Positions 30,803-40,400 are shown, counted from the stretch's first letter. The stretch is DNA of 64,000 nt from an uncultured Gammaproteobacteria bacterium (GCA_963731655.1 CAVSWL010000005.1:282926-346925); one strand, 5' to 3'. The notes: generated by a model not told the origin, from the sequence alone. Numbers and translations are program-made.

Positions 30803-31267
30803 TCATCGGTCAGACAGTGGTCTATTCGGGTCGCTGAGCACACTCAGGACGACAGCCCCAAACGCAAGCAGAGTCAAGACGGCGGCTGATGCATGGGCGT
30901 ATTCCCATTGGGTTCGGAGTGCTTCCCAATTCTCTGGCACGCGCGTCCAGTTTTCCGTCGCCTGATTCGCGGGAAAGGTCCAAATGAAGAAAATCACTAG
31001 CGTTGCTGCCATGAAAAGAAATGCCGCGGTGGCCCAACCAAACGCCGCGCGCCGCCCTCGCATTACGATCGCGAGACTGAGATTGGACATAATAGCGCCT
31101 ACCAGGACAATGCCGAAGAACGCCCAGCCGCGATAAATGTCCTGCACGGTGAAATAAGCCTCCTGTGGTAGATCGATTTTGTTTGGAAGTACAGCAAGGT
31201 GGGCGCCAGCGGGAACCAGCGCCAGGGCTGTCAAAACGAGCGCCAGGAATTGTATTGTGCGTATCAT
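30803..31267 (-). CDS. small integral membrane protein (DUF1772-like, 4 TM)
   Basis: Start set at MIRTIQFLALV with an AGGCAGG SD. Four hydrophobic helices of ~154 aa total. Confidence 0.45.
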   Translation of the reverse strand: MIRTIQFLALVLTALALVPAGAHLAVLPNKIDLPQEAYFTVQDIYRGWAFFGIVLVGAIMSNLSLAIVMRGRRAAFGWATAAFLFMAATLVIFFIWTFPANQATENWTRVPENWEALRTQWEYAHASAAVLTLLAFGAVVLSVLSDPNRPLSDR

Positions 31268-31386
31268 GCTACCTGCCTTGGGTAAGGGAGAACCAGGATT
31301 TAATGGCTGGGGTATGTTCATAACGGAGTCGCCGTAGGGTAATACGAAAGGCTGTTCAACACTCAATCACACGGCTGGCTGCATGT

Positions 31387-31404
31387 CATTGCGTTTTTTC
31401 AATG
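31387..31404. promoter_or_regulatory. palindrome CATTGCGTTTTTTCAATG (family A site)
   Basis: In the divergent intergenic region, ~115 bp from both the membrane-protein gene and ccp. Confidence 0.45.
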
Positions 31405-31516
31405 AATACGGTTTTTTCCTCAAAGATAATATCCGGCAAAACTGTTTTCATCTGCTTGCAGCACTCGCCACCGATGCTTTTTGAGCTGTTCACGCGCAAC
31501 CGAGGAGAACAATAAA

Positions 31517-32671
31517 ATGACCAGTCTGGATAGAGGCCGAGCCATTGCGCTCGGTATTTTAATCACGGTATTGGACGTTCCAGTGATAAACGGCGCGCCG
31601 CTTGGTCTGCCCCCGGTGCCAATTCCGCCCGGCAATCTCCAGTCGGCGGCCAAGATTGCGCTTGGCGACCGGTTGTTTCACGAGGCGCGCTTCAGTAGCG
31701 ATGGCAAGGTGAGTTGCTCGACCTGTCACGCCGAAGACAAAGCCTTCACCGACCACCAGCGGGTGTCTAAAGGTCATAATGGCTTGCTCGGTACCCGCAA
31801 TGCCCCTACCGTCATCAACGCTGCCTACATGGAAACCCTGTTCTGGGACGGTCGCGAGCCCGATCTGGAGGGGCAGTCCAAGCAGCCCCCAGTCAATCCG
31901 GTGGAAGGCGGTCTGCCGGATCACGAAGCGTTGCTGGCGATCATTCGCGGTGATCCTTCCTACGTGAAGGCTTTCAAGAAAGTATTTGGCGTCGATGCCG
32001 AGGAGATCACCATTGATCATTACGCGCAAGCTATTGCCAGTTTCGAACGCACCCAGATCGCCGGCGACTCGCCCTTCGACCGCTACCAGTTCGGTGGCGA
32101 CAAGTCGGCCATGAGTGAAGCGGCTATCCGTGGTCTGGAAGTGTTCACCGGCCAGGGCCGCTGTGTGTCCTGCCACATTATCGAGCAGACCCAAGCCCTT
32201 TTCACCGACAATCGCTTCCACAACATCGGCGTGGGCTTCAAGAATATTAAAGGTCGTGAGGCGGTAATCGCCGCGGAGTTTCTGAAAGCAAAGAACGCCG
32301 GAGCAGATGTCGACAAGACAGTACTCGCTGACCCAGATGCCTCGGAGCTGGGACGCTTCGCGGTCAATGAGGACATCAACAAGATTGGCGCCTTCAAGAC
32401 CGCCACACTACGCAACATCGAGCTGACCCCGCCGTACATGCACGATGGCAGCCAGAAAACCTTGGAAGACATGGTCGAATTTTATAATAACGGCGGTCGA
32501 GTCCACGAGAGTGATCCGTTTTCGCCCTTTCTAAGCGGCGGCATTCGGCCTTTAAATCTCTCAGAGCAGCAGAAGAAAAATTTGGTCGAATTCCTCAAAG
32601 CGCTGACCAGCCCCAGCGTCGCCAAGCATGTGCCTAAAGTCGAGGTCATCGAAGTAAAGGAGGCTCCATGA
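31517..32671 (+). CDS. ccp: di-haem cytochrome c peroxidase (CcpA/MauG family)
   Basis: Two CXXCH motifs (CSTCHAED, CVSCHIIE), signal peptide, GAGGAGAA SD. Confidence 0.85.
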   Translation: MTSLDRGRAIALGILITVLDVPVINGAPLGLPPVPIPPGNLQSAAKIALGDRLFHEARFSSDGKVSCSTCHAEDKAFTDHQRVSKGHNGLLGTRNAPTVINAAYMETLFWDGREPDLEGQSKQPPVNPVEGGLPDHEALLAIIRGDPSYVKAFKKVFGVDAEEITIDHYAQAIASFERTQIAGDSPFDRYQFGGDKSAMSEAAIRGLEVFTGQGRCVSCHIIEQTQALFTDNRFHNIGVGFKNIKGREAVIAAEFLKAKNAGADVDKTVLADPDASELGRFAVNEDINKIGAFKTATLRNIELTPPYMHDGSQKTLEDMVEFYNNGGRVHESDPFSPFLSGGIRPLNLSEQQKKNLVEFLKALTSPSVAKHVPKVEVIEVKEAP

Positions 32672-33741
32672 GCAATATGAACCGTAGAACGTTTCTTAAG
32701 ACCGGAGGCGCGGCGCTGGCCGCCAGCAGCCTACCATTAAGTCTGGTGGAAATCGCCTTCGGCAAGTCGGAACCTGAGAGCTTCACCTTTGCCTTTATCT
32801 CCGACTCCCACATCACCCATATCCAGGGCAAGGAATTTGTGCGCAATTGGGATCGCGGGTTGGTCCGTGCCGTGGCGGAGACCAATCTGCTCGATCCGCG
32901 TCCGGACTTCGTCTTCTACGGTGGCGATATAGCTCAGCTCGGCATTCCCGAGGAGATCGATCACGGGCTGGAACTGCTTAGCGCTCTACGCGGCGATGTG
33001 CATTACGTCATGGGGGAGCACGATTATTACTTCGATTTGGGCGAACACTGGCGCGAGCGGCTCGGTCCCGATCACTACAGTTTCGACCACAAGGGCGTAC
33101 ACTTCGTGGTGCTGAATAGCATTCTCACCTATGACGACTGGACCTTTGACAAGTGGGACACGCCGATGCGGCGCATGAAGGAGATGGCGCGTCTGGATAA
33201 CCCCCAGGGATCGCCGTTCATGGTCGGCGACAAGCAACGCGATTGGCTCCGCAAGGATCTCGCCACGGTCAGCAAGGACACGCCGATCGTGGTGATGTCG
33301 CATTCGCCGCTACAGAAGATCTACAAGGGATGGAACTTCTGGACCGAGGACGCGGGGCAGGTACAGGAACTGCTCAAACCTTTCAATAAGGCGACTGTTC
33401 TGTATGGCCACGTGCACCAGATTCAGTACAACCAGATCGGCAACATCAGCTTCAACTCCGCCATGGCCACCGCCTGGCCCTGGCCCTACCCGGCCAGTTT
33501 CACCCAGGAAGCCAGCTATCTGCCTAAGCTGACGGTGGAAATGAACCGCGCCGATCCGTTTTTCGAACGCGACGCCACCGGCTGGCAGTTCATCAATTTG
33601 CAAACCGGCGATGCGGATGTCCACTACGTTTTACCCGACAACCGCAATCGTATCGTTGCCTTCAATGAAAACAAAGGCTACCCGGTCGACACCTATTATC
33701 AGCCGCAGTCAGACCGCATCCCGCCGCAGCACCACTTCTGA
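32668..33741 (+). CDS. Tat-exported calcineurin-like metallophosphoesterase
   Basis: Twin-arginine motif NRRTFLK. MPE motifs DSH, GGD, GEHDYY, NSILT, GHVH. Start overlaps the ccp stop (ATGA), suggesting translational coupling. Confidence 0.8.
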   Translation: MSNMNRRTFLKTGGAALAASSLPLSLVEIAFGKSEPESFTFAFISDSHITHIQGKEFVRNWDRGLVRAVAETNLLDPRPDFVFYGGDIAQLGIPEEIDHGLELLSALRGDVHYVMGEHDYYFDLGEHWRERLGPDHYSFDHKGVHFVVLNSILTYDDWTFDKWDTPMRRMKEMARLDNPQGSPFMVGDKQRDWLRKDLATVSKDTPIVVMSHSPLQKIYKGWNFWTEDAGQVQELLKPFNKATVLYGHVHQIQYNQIGNISFNSAMATAWPWPYPASFTQEASYLPKLTVEMNRADPFFERDATGWQFINLQTGDADVHYVLPDNRNRIVAFNENKGYPVDTYYQPQSDRIPPQHHF

Positions 33742-34257
33742 ATCGAGGCAAAGGAAACTGACATGAACATGATCGATCATCTTACACAACACCTCTTTAT
33801 TATGGCAGCTTTGTTGATAGCGCTTGGTCAAGGGGCACGGGCCGACGAATTCACCGGGTCCGATCTAGAACGCTGGAAACAGGAATACATGACCATGGTG
33901 AAAAAAGGCGAGCAGCTGTTTCACGGGGGTCTCCCAAGCAAGAACACGGTGTCCTGCGACCAGTGTCATCCAGACGCTGCCAATACACACCCGGAGACTT
34001 ACCCAAAATTTCAGCAGCAGCTCGGGAAGGTGGCCGTACTAGGCGAGATGGTCAACTGGTGCATCGAAAACCCGCTGGAGTCCGACCCGCTGGCGCTAGA
34101 TGATCCACGCATGACCGCCCTACAGGCCTATATCACGGAACAGAGGCGTGAAGTGCCGCTGGTACCCGGCACGCACTAGTACGTAAGTGCCGACCCGATA
34201 GAGTTACACCCCGGCACTACATTTACTTAACCTGAAATCTAGCGATCCGTAATCACC
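32692..34257. repeat. segmental duplication, copy 1 (MPE + cytochrome c genes)
   Basis: ~97% identical to 40559-42113. Confidence 0.8.
33763..34179 (+). CDS. small periplasmic mono-haem c-type cytochrome
   Basis: Signal peptide and a single CDQCH haem-binding motif; 22 bp downstream of the MPE gene. Confidence 0.7.
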   Translation: MNMIDHLTQHLFIMAALLIALGQGARADEFTGSDLERWKQEYMTMVKKGEQLFHGGLPSKNTVSCDQCHPDAANTHPETYPKFQQQLGKVAVLGEMVNWCIENPLESDPLALDDPRMTALQAYITEQRREVPLVPGTH

Positions 34258-34266
34258 ATGATTACT

Positions 34267-34299
34267 TGTAAGAACTACAGGGAAGTGTAAATTTTTAAA
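34267..34299. repeat. paired box TGTAAGAACTACAG-N4-GTGTAAATTTTTAAA (family B, site c; second box degenerate)
   Basis: Same structure as at 1379. Confidence 0.35.
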
Positions 34300-34541
34300 T
34301 CGATGGGCTCCGCTAGAGGCAGACAATAAGCCACCATGCGGGCACTCGCCGCCGCTGTCAAATGTACGTGCGAAAAGATCCGAGGTCAGCTCCCGCTCAT
34401 GAAGTCTAGATTCCGGATGCGTGAGATCCTGCTGTTCCCAAAGCGGAGCATTGCGCTTGTTACCTCCGAAGATCTTCGTCCGACTGCTTTCTGCAACGAC
34501 AACCCTGTTATTGCCCTCAGGAAAATCTCACCCCGGCCTTA

Positions 34542-34859
34542 TTAGGTTTCGAGCTCAGATGCCATTATACCGGCAGCGTGCCAACCGGCCGCTAACGTAA
34601 CCACAAGAATTACTCGTTTAAACCGGCGAGTGGCTGCCGGTGGGTCGTAGGTGGCGATTCGTTTCGGCGGTATACTGAATAGCCCTGGATTCATCCCCGC
34701 CAGCGCCACCTGAGAGTGTCCCGCGCTGTAGCACTCGAGGTAGCCACGACGCAGGGCCCAGGCATAATCGAGAAGGTTGTAAACGTGTGTGACGGGTGGG
34801 GTAAAGCTCAGTTGCGGGACGTTTTTGTGTAGTTTTTGGGCTATCTCGACCAGCTTCAC
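34542..34859 (-). pseudogene. SMUG-family uracil-DNA glycosylase, N-terminal part only
   Basis: LSFTPPVTHVYNLLDYAWALRRGYLECYSAGHSQVALAGMNPG matches the SMUG1 N-terminal region (YNPLDYAW...GMNPGP). Homology ends right after GMNPG and the ORF stops at ~105 aa of an expected ~240. Confidence 0.5.
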
Positions 34860-35085
34860 GATCCGGTCTCTACGGACGCAACCCTAGGATACCGCTCATC
34901 GAACCCGGACTATTGAACATGGCCTCAGACTCGGGACGCAGGATTGGAATTCGAACCACTTTAACAATTTCACAATCATTGCCGGGAGGTTGTATCCCTT
35001 CGCCCTTTTGGCTGGCATCGATTAGCGGTTCAGGGGACACCTGACTGGGGGGCTCGTGCTTGTAAGGTAGTAGGGTAGGGGCATA

Positions 35086-35295
35086 CGTCACAAGTTAACC
35101 AAATTAGGAAAATGTCAAGTTCCCTGGTAAAGAAAATTTTACTTTAATAATCATTAAATTACATGTCTGCCCGATGTGTTGTGGTCAGAATGGCAAAAGC
35201 TATTCACTTTTAGGTTTTTTTAACATATTGTTTTAATTTAGATTTTATTTCTTGACAAATCCACTTTTTTCCTAACTTGTGACGAATGGGGTAGG
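35086..35295. mobile_element. MITE-like element: 15-bp terminal inverted repeats around a 180-bp AT-rich core, flanked by a 9-bp direct repeat
   Basis: Left IR CGTCACAAGTTAACC and right IR CCTAACTTGTGACG (14/15 complementary). GGGTAGGGG sits immediately outside both ends (TSD-like). No coding capacity. Confidence 0.4.
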
Positions 35296-35373
35296 GGTCT
35301 TAAAACAATCTGGAAACACATTACCTAATTTCAGAACCCCTGACCTCGCCGGAAGCGAAATGGGACCTTGTCG

Positions 35374-35814
35374 TCATTCTTCCGGGGGGCCGGTGAGGGT
35401 GTAGGTAAGACGCAAAGTTGTTCCGGGGTACACGAATTCGGCAGCATTCAGGTGATCCAAGAGGTGCTGGATCGCTCGGTTCGAACGCGGGTTGGCCAGT
35501 GTGTGCAACCGTACCTCTAACACCCCCGCGGCCGCATCCGGATAAATGTCCGCGTCCGATCGGAACAGATCGCGGAGCAAGGAACGCGCCTTGTCGGCGT
35601 GCGACATCTTTTCTCGCACAATCATCGCCAACGCCGTTTCCGCGCGGTACGCCACCAGCTTGACCGTGTCCGTCAGTCGTTTGCGGCTCGGAGCCAAACG
35701 CTGGAACTTCTCGCCTTCCGGCAATTCGTCCCATTCCCAATGTTTGGGCGTGGACGGCATCCGTTCTTTCAAGACGGTCAATTCGTGCTCCAACTGCTCG
35801 ATCTCTTCCTGCAT
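35374..35814 (-). CDS. hypothetical coiled-coil protein, possibly a mobile-element remnant
   Basis: 146 aa from the ATG. The frame is open upstream to ~36031 without a further ATG. Lies between a MITE-like element and an IS110 fragment. Confidence 0.35.
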   Translation of the reverse strand: MQEEIEQLEHELTVLKERMPSTPKHWEWDELPEGEKFQRLAPSRKRLTDTVKLVAYRAETALAMIVREKMSHADKARSLLRDLFRSDADIYPDAAAGVLEVRLHTLANPRSNRAIQHLLDHLNAAEFVYPGTTLRLTYTLTGPPEE

Positions 35815-36381
35815 TTTGCCTTTCTCGCGCTCCCATTTCGTGATGTCCGACTCTTCAGCTTGCGGGTGAAGGGTCAGGGCTGCAAAGCGAGCTTGACGGT
35901 GCGTCAGTTTGCTCTTGACCGAGCGAAATTGCCGGTCCAGTTCCCGCCTGGCCGGGTTGACTACCGGCCGCGTGGTCCCAGAAATCGCTTCCGTTCCGTA
36001 TTCACTAAGTGCATCCAGGGCTAACTGAGGATTTTAGGATCATTGATGGGAGCCCTCGATTCGGGTAAAAAGGGGGGGGCGTCTATATTTTCTATACTCA
36101 TGCTCGCGTTGAGGCTAGAGGTGCGGCCCCGTGTTAAAGTGTAGCGGCTCAAATATGTTCGGCGATGATCGATCCTATCGTGGTGATTAGACCCCGGCAA
36201 CAAAACGGATCTGGGGGGGGTTGGAGTTGCACCTCTGATAGTTTCCCACCCCTTGGTGGTGAACGCACGGTAAAGTAGTTCTTAAGGCGGAGTGTCAGGT
36301 AGCCCCAGCCGCCTGTCGATACGGGTTTAAAGTAGGGTAGGCACGTCCCCTTCTCGATAGGTCCTTTGAGGAGGTGTCATC

Positions 36382-36618
36382 ATGATAGAGCCGTTAGTTC
36401 GGTGCTGTGCGGGATTGGATGTACACAAAGCGGTGGTGGTCTGCACAGTACTTCAAGAACACCCAAAAGGAGAGTTGAGTAAGGAAACGTGCGAGTATGC
36501 CACGTTTATTGGCGAAGTAACCGTACTGGCCAGCTGGTTAGCGTCGCTAGGCGTTGAATTGGCGGTCATGGAGAGTACGGGTGTTACTCTCGTCCGCTCA
36601 CGTGACAGGATAAAATAG
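36382..36618 (+). pseudogene. IS110-family transposase N-terminal fragment
   Basis: ...CAGLDVHKAVVVCTVL...LASLGVELAVMESTGV matches the IS110/DEDD transposase N-terminus (GIDVxK...VAMEATG). Truncated at 78 aa. Confidence 0.6.
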
Positions 36619-38139
36619 ATGACTGCCAACTCAAACTCGAATCAAAACTCGGCCAAGGAGAAGGTCGCCGACCGTTGTACTAGCGGCGTCGAAGGCCTCG
36701 ACGATATCCTGGCCGGCGGCCTGCCGCGCAACTGTTTCTATCTGGTGCAAGGCGACCCCGGTTCGGGCAAGACCACCTTGGCCTTGCAATTTCTCCTTGA
36801 AGGAGTGCGGCGAGGCGAAAAGGTCTTCTACATCACGCTTTCGGAAACGAAAGCGGAACTGCTGATGGTCGCCCGATCGCACGGTTGGTCGCTGGATAAC
36901 ATTCCACTACTGGAGATGTCGGCTATCGAATCTCTTCTTCGCCCGGAAGCGCAGACCACCGTGTTTCATCCCTCGGAATTGGAACTGACTAAGGTAACGA
37001 AGCTATTACTCGACGAGACGCGCGCGGCCGAGCCCTCGCGAATTGTATTTGATTCACTCTCCGAGTTTCGCTTAATGGCGGAAGCGCAGTTGCGTTATCG
37101 GCGGCAATTATTGAATCTCAAGCAGGAGTTCGCCAAGCTGCAAAGCTCAGTGCTGCTCCTGGACGACAAGATGAGCGGCCAGGGGATCCAAGCAGATCCG
37201 CACGTGCTCAGCCTCTCACATGGAGTCATAGAGATGGAACAGCTCGCGCCTGACTACGGCACTTCGCGCCGGCGTTTGCGCGTGCTCAAAATGCGCGGCG
37301 TAAAGTTTCGCGAGGGCTATCACGATTACACAATCGTGACTGGTGGCCTGCGTATTTTCCCAAGGCTGATTGCGGCCGAACATCACAGGGCGTTTGTGCA
37401 TGACGCAGTATCCAGCGGGATAGATGAGTTGGATAAGTTGTTGGGCGGTGGATTAGACCGCGGAACGACTACACTAATGCTGGGCGCCGCAGGTACGGGC
37501 AAATCCACTTTGGCGATGCAATTCGCGGCGCAGATGGCCGCGCGAAACGAGCCCGGCATGATTTTCACCTTCGACGAAAGCCTCGGCATTATGCTCGGCC
37601 GGGCGAAGGCCCTGGGCTTCGATTTGGAAAAGCACTTGCGAAGCGGTGTCGTGACTGCGCATCAGGTTGACCCTGCTGAACTATCGCCCGGCGAGTTCGC
37701 GGTCCGAGTGCGGCAGGGCGTGGAAGCCGGGGCCAAGCTTGTCATCATCGATAGTCTCAATGGTTATCTCAATGCCATGCCGGGCGAGAAATATCTCAAT
37801 ATCCAGCTACATGAACTTTCGTCGTATCTGAACCAGCAAGGCGTCATCACTATTCTGATTCTGGCACAACACGGATTGATCTCTCTGGCCGTATCACCGG
37901 TCGATCTCAGCTATTTGACGGATACGGTGGTGTATCTCCGGTATTTTGAAGTAGCCGGAGAGGTAAAGCAGGCGCTCGCCGTAGTTAAGAAGCGCAGTGG
38001 TCGTCACGAAAAAACGATTCGTGAATTCAAGTTGGAATCCGATCGTGGGATTCGCGTTGGTGAGTCGTTGAAAGAATTTCATGGCGTTTTGACGGGCGCG
38101 CCAGTGTTCGAAGGCACCGATAAACGAATGATGAAATAA
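36619..38139 (+). CDS. KaiC-like double-domain RecA-superfamily ATPase
   Basis: Two tandem KaiC domains, each with Walker A (GDPGSGKTTLALQF; GAAGTGKSTLAMQF) and Walker B. AGGATAAAA SD. Confidence 0.85.
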   Translation: MTANSNSNQNSAKEKVADRCTSGVEGLDDILAGGLPRNCFYLVQGDPGSGKTTLALQFLLEGVRRGEKVFYITLSETKAELLMVARSHGWSLDNIPLLEMSAIESLLRPEAQTTVFHPSELELTKVTKLLLDETRAAEPSRIVFDSLSEFRLMAEAQLRYRRQLLNLKQEFAKLQSSVLLLDDKMSGQGIQADPHVLSLSHGVIEMEQLAPDYGTSRRRLRVLKMRGVKFREGYHDYTIVTGGLRIFPRLIAAEHHRAFVHDAVSSGIDELDKLLGGGLDRGTTTLMLGAAGTGKSTLAMQFAAQMAARNEPGMIFTFDESLGIMLGRAKALGFDLEKHLRSGVVTAHQVDPAELSPGEFAVRVRQGVEAGAKLVIIDSLNGYLNAMPGEKYLNIQLHELSSYLNQQGVITILILAQHGLISLAVSPVDLSYLTDTVVYLRYFEVAGEVKQALAVVKKRSGRHEKTIREFKLESDRGIRVGESLKEFHGVLTGAPVFEGTDKRMMK

Positions 38140-38143
38140 GACG

Positions 38144-39763
38144 ATGCCGCTGACCAAATCAGAGGAGCGGATCATCATCATGGCGCCGATAGGACAAGAC
38201 GCCAGAGCTATGGCCATGCTGCTAGAGCCCGAAGGTTTTCAGCCTGAGATTGTGAGTGGTCCCGCGCAATGTTGCGAAAAACTTTCTGATGCGGGCGCGG
38301 TATTGTTGACCGAGGAAGCGTTGGAACTGCCGCAAGTTGCCGACCTGATCGATACTCTCGAGGCGCAGCCGCCATGGTCTGAATTGCCGCTAATCGTGTT
38401 GACTAGTGGTGGAGAATCTCGGCTGGCTAAGTTGTTGGATTTGCTGGCCGAAGCAGCTGGAAGTGTTACCCTGCTCGAGCGCCCGATGAGCGCAGCCACT
38501 CTGCTGCGTTCGGTTCAAGTGGCCCTGCGTTCACGACGCCGCCAATATCAGGTGCGTGACTTGCTTGAGCGTCAACAGATCCTGCGCGGCGAAGCAGAAG
38601 AAGCTAACCGCATTAAAGATGAATTTCTCGCCACTGTCTCTCATGAGTTACGCACGCCGCTGAATGCAATTTTGGGATGGGCGACGCTGATCCGCCAAGC
38701 CAGAGCGGATGAGCATACCCTCGCTCGGGCGATTGAAACGATTGAACGCAATGCGAAAGCCCAAGCGCAACTGATCGAAGACCTGCTGGATGTTTCACGA
38801 ATGATCTCAGGCAACCTACGGCTCAACGTGGAACAAATCGACCTTGTATCGGTTATCAAAGCAGCCGTCGACGTCGTCCATCCGGCGGTGGAAGCCAAGG
38901 GTATTCAATTGGATTTGGATCTGGACTTCGTCGACCGCTTGGAAGCGGATGCCCATCGCCTGCAACAAGTTGTTTGGAATTTTCTGTCCAATGCAGTCAA
39001 GTTTACGGGCGCTGGCGGACGAGTTCAGATCAGGCTGGAACAAGTTGAGTCTCAAGCTCGAATCACAGTGAGCGATACTGGCGAAGGCATCGATCCCGAA
39101 TTCCTGCCGCACATCTTCGAACCGTTCCGGCAGGCTGACGGCACGAGCACGAAACGAAGTGGCGGACTGGGGTTGGGGCTCGCCATCGCGCGCCGTCTCG
39201 TCGAAATGCATGGCGGAACCATCTCCGCGAAAAGTGAAGGCGCAGGGCGCGGTTCGACTTTTACGCTCGGTATTCCCATGAGACCAGTTCACGAGACATT
39301 ACCGGCACTAGCGCGTACTTCCGAAGGTTCGCTGTTACACACCTCCAGTTCAGACACGGACCTGCCGAGTCTTACTGGCGTAAGGATTCTGGCGGTCGAC
39401 GATGAAAAAGACACGCGCGAGATGGTCAAAGAAGTGCTCGAGCAATTCGGCGCGAATGTTTTGTCTGCCGGGTCAGCCAGGGAAGCGTTCGCCGCACTTC
39501 ATGACTGGAACCCGGACGTCATTGTGTGTGACATCGGAATGCCGGGCGAAGACGGCTATTCCTTGATTCGGAAAGTCAGACAGTTGGAATCTCACCGGGA
39601 TAGAAACACACCTGCAATTGCACTGACGGGATTTGCACGCCCGGAAGATCGCAAATGCGCACTAGCCGCCGGCTATCAGATGTTCATACCGAAACCCGTC
39701 GAGGCGAATCAATTAGTCAGCACCATAGCCAAGCTGATTGGGACAGCTAATGGCCAACACTAA
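38144..39763 (+). CDS. hybrid histidine kinase: N-terminal pseudo-receiver, HisKA-HATPase core, C-terminal receiver
   Basis: N-terminal REC-like fold lacking the acidic pocket ([12 protein letters not shown] in place of DD; AVLLTEE in place of the phospho-Asp). H-box [14 protein letters not shown], HATPase_c ([16 protein letters not shown]), C-terminal REC (ILAVDDEKD...[11 protein letters not shown]). Starts 4 bp after the kaiC-like stop. Confidence 0.8.
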   Translation: MPLTKSEERIIIMAPIGQDARAMAMLLEPEGFQPEIVSGPAQCCEKLSDAGAVLLTEEALELPQVADLIDTLEAQPPWSELPLIVLTSGGESRLAKLLDLLAEAAGSVTLLERPMSAATLLRSVQVALRSRRRQYQVRDLLERQQILRGEAEEANRIKDEFLATVSHELRTPLNAILGWATLIRQARADEHTLARAIETIERNAKAQAQLIEDLLDVSRMISGNLRLNVEQIDLVSVIKAAVDVVHPAVEAKGIQLDLDLDFVDRLEADAHRLQQVVWNFLSNAVKFTGAGGRVQIRLEQVESQARITVSDTGEGIDPEFLPHIFEPFRQADGTSTKRSGGLGLGLAIARRLVEMHGGTISAKSEGAGRGSTFTLGIPMRPVHETLPALARTSEGSLLHTSSSDTDLPSLTGVRILAVDDEKDTREMVKEVLEQFGANVLSAGSAREAFAALHDWNPDVIVCDIGMPGEDGYSLIRKVRQLESHRDRNTPAIALTGFARPEDRKCALAAGYQMFIPKPVEANQLVSTIAKLIGTANGQH

Positions 39764-40032
39764 AGAGAGCGGCTCGATTGAAAAGTTGCGAAGATTGTCC
39801 AGTGCGGAGAGCCGGATAGCATGATCGTGACGGTCTTCATGATGAGTGAAAGATGAGGGACCTACGTGCGTTGACCAGTCTGACGTTACTTGCTTTGACG
39901 GCCAAAACATCGATAAATACTGCTTGGTCATGCATAGTACCCGAAACAAAAACACAACATCACTACTGATGACCGAAAGAGCGATACCGAGATGAGCGCG
40001 CCATAGCATAAATCTTTCTTATCACTGGATGC

Positions 40033-40400
40033 TTAGGTGAACAACCTATAACCCTCCAGATCGAGATAAATTCTCTGGAACAAATGCTGAATATTACCGA
40101 TCCCATAGCAACGACGTTGAAGCACCTTGTTCTTGTTGTTCAGCCCCTCGACAAAGCCACTGGTATGGCGGTTATGGAAATAAATTGGTGATGTCCTCCA
40201 TTCGCGCGTCCACTCGCTCGATTGCCCTGTTATTTTTAAGCCGCTAAGAAGTCGAGTCGACGACAACATTAAATTTACGATCCAGCATCCTGGCTATCGT
40301 TTTATTTTGAAATTTCTCTAGCGCGGTCAGCGGTGCGGGGATATTACGCTTCTTTTTCATGACGACGGTCACCGAGTGGGCGTATCCGATATATGGGGGA
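40033..40400 (-). pseudogene. ISL3-family transposase C-terminal remnant (frameshifted)
   Basis: ...HTSGFVEGLNNKNKVLQRRCYGIGNIQHLFQRIYLDLEG matches the ISL3 C-terminus (NGxVEGxNNKIKVLKRRAYG). The upstream segment is in another frame. Confidence 0.55.

Noticed and set aside
34930-34990. tRNA-like T-loop string GGTTCGAATTCC on the minus strand
   Set aside because: The flanking sequence cannot form T-stem, anticodon and acceptor stems, so it is a chance match
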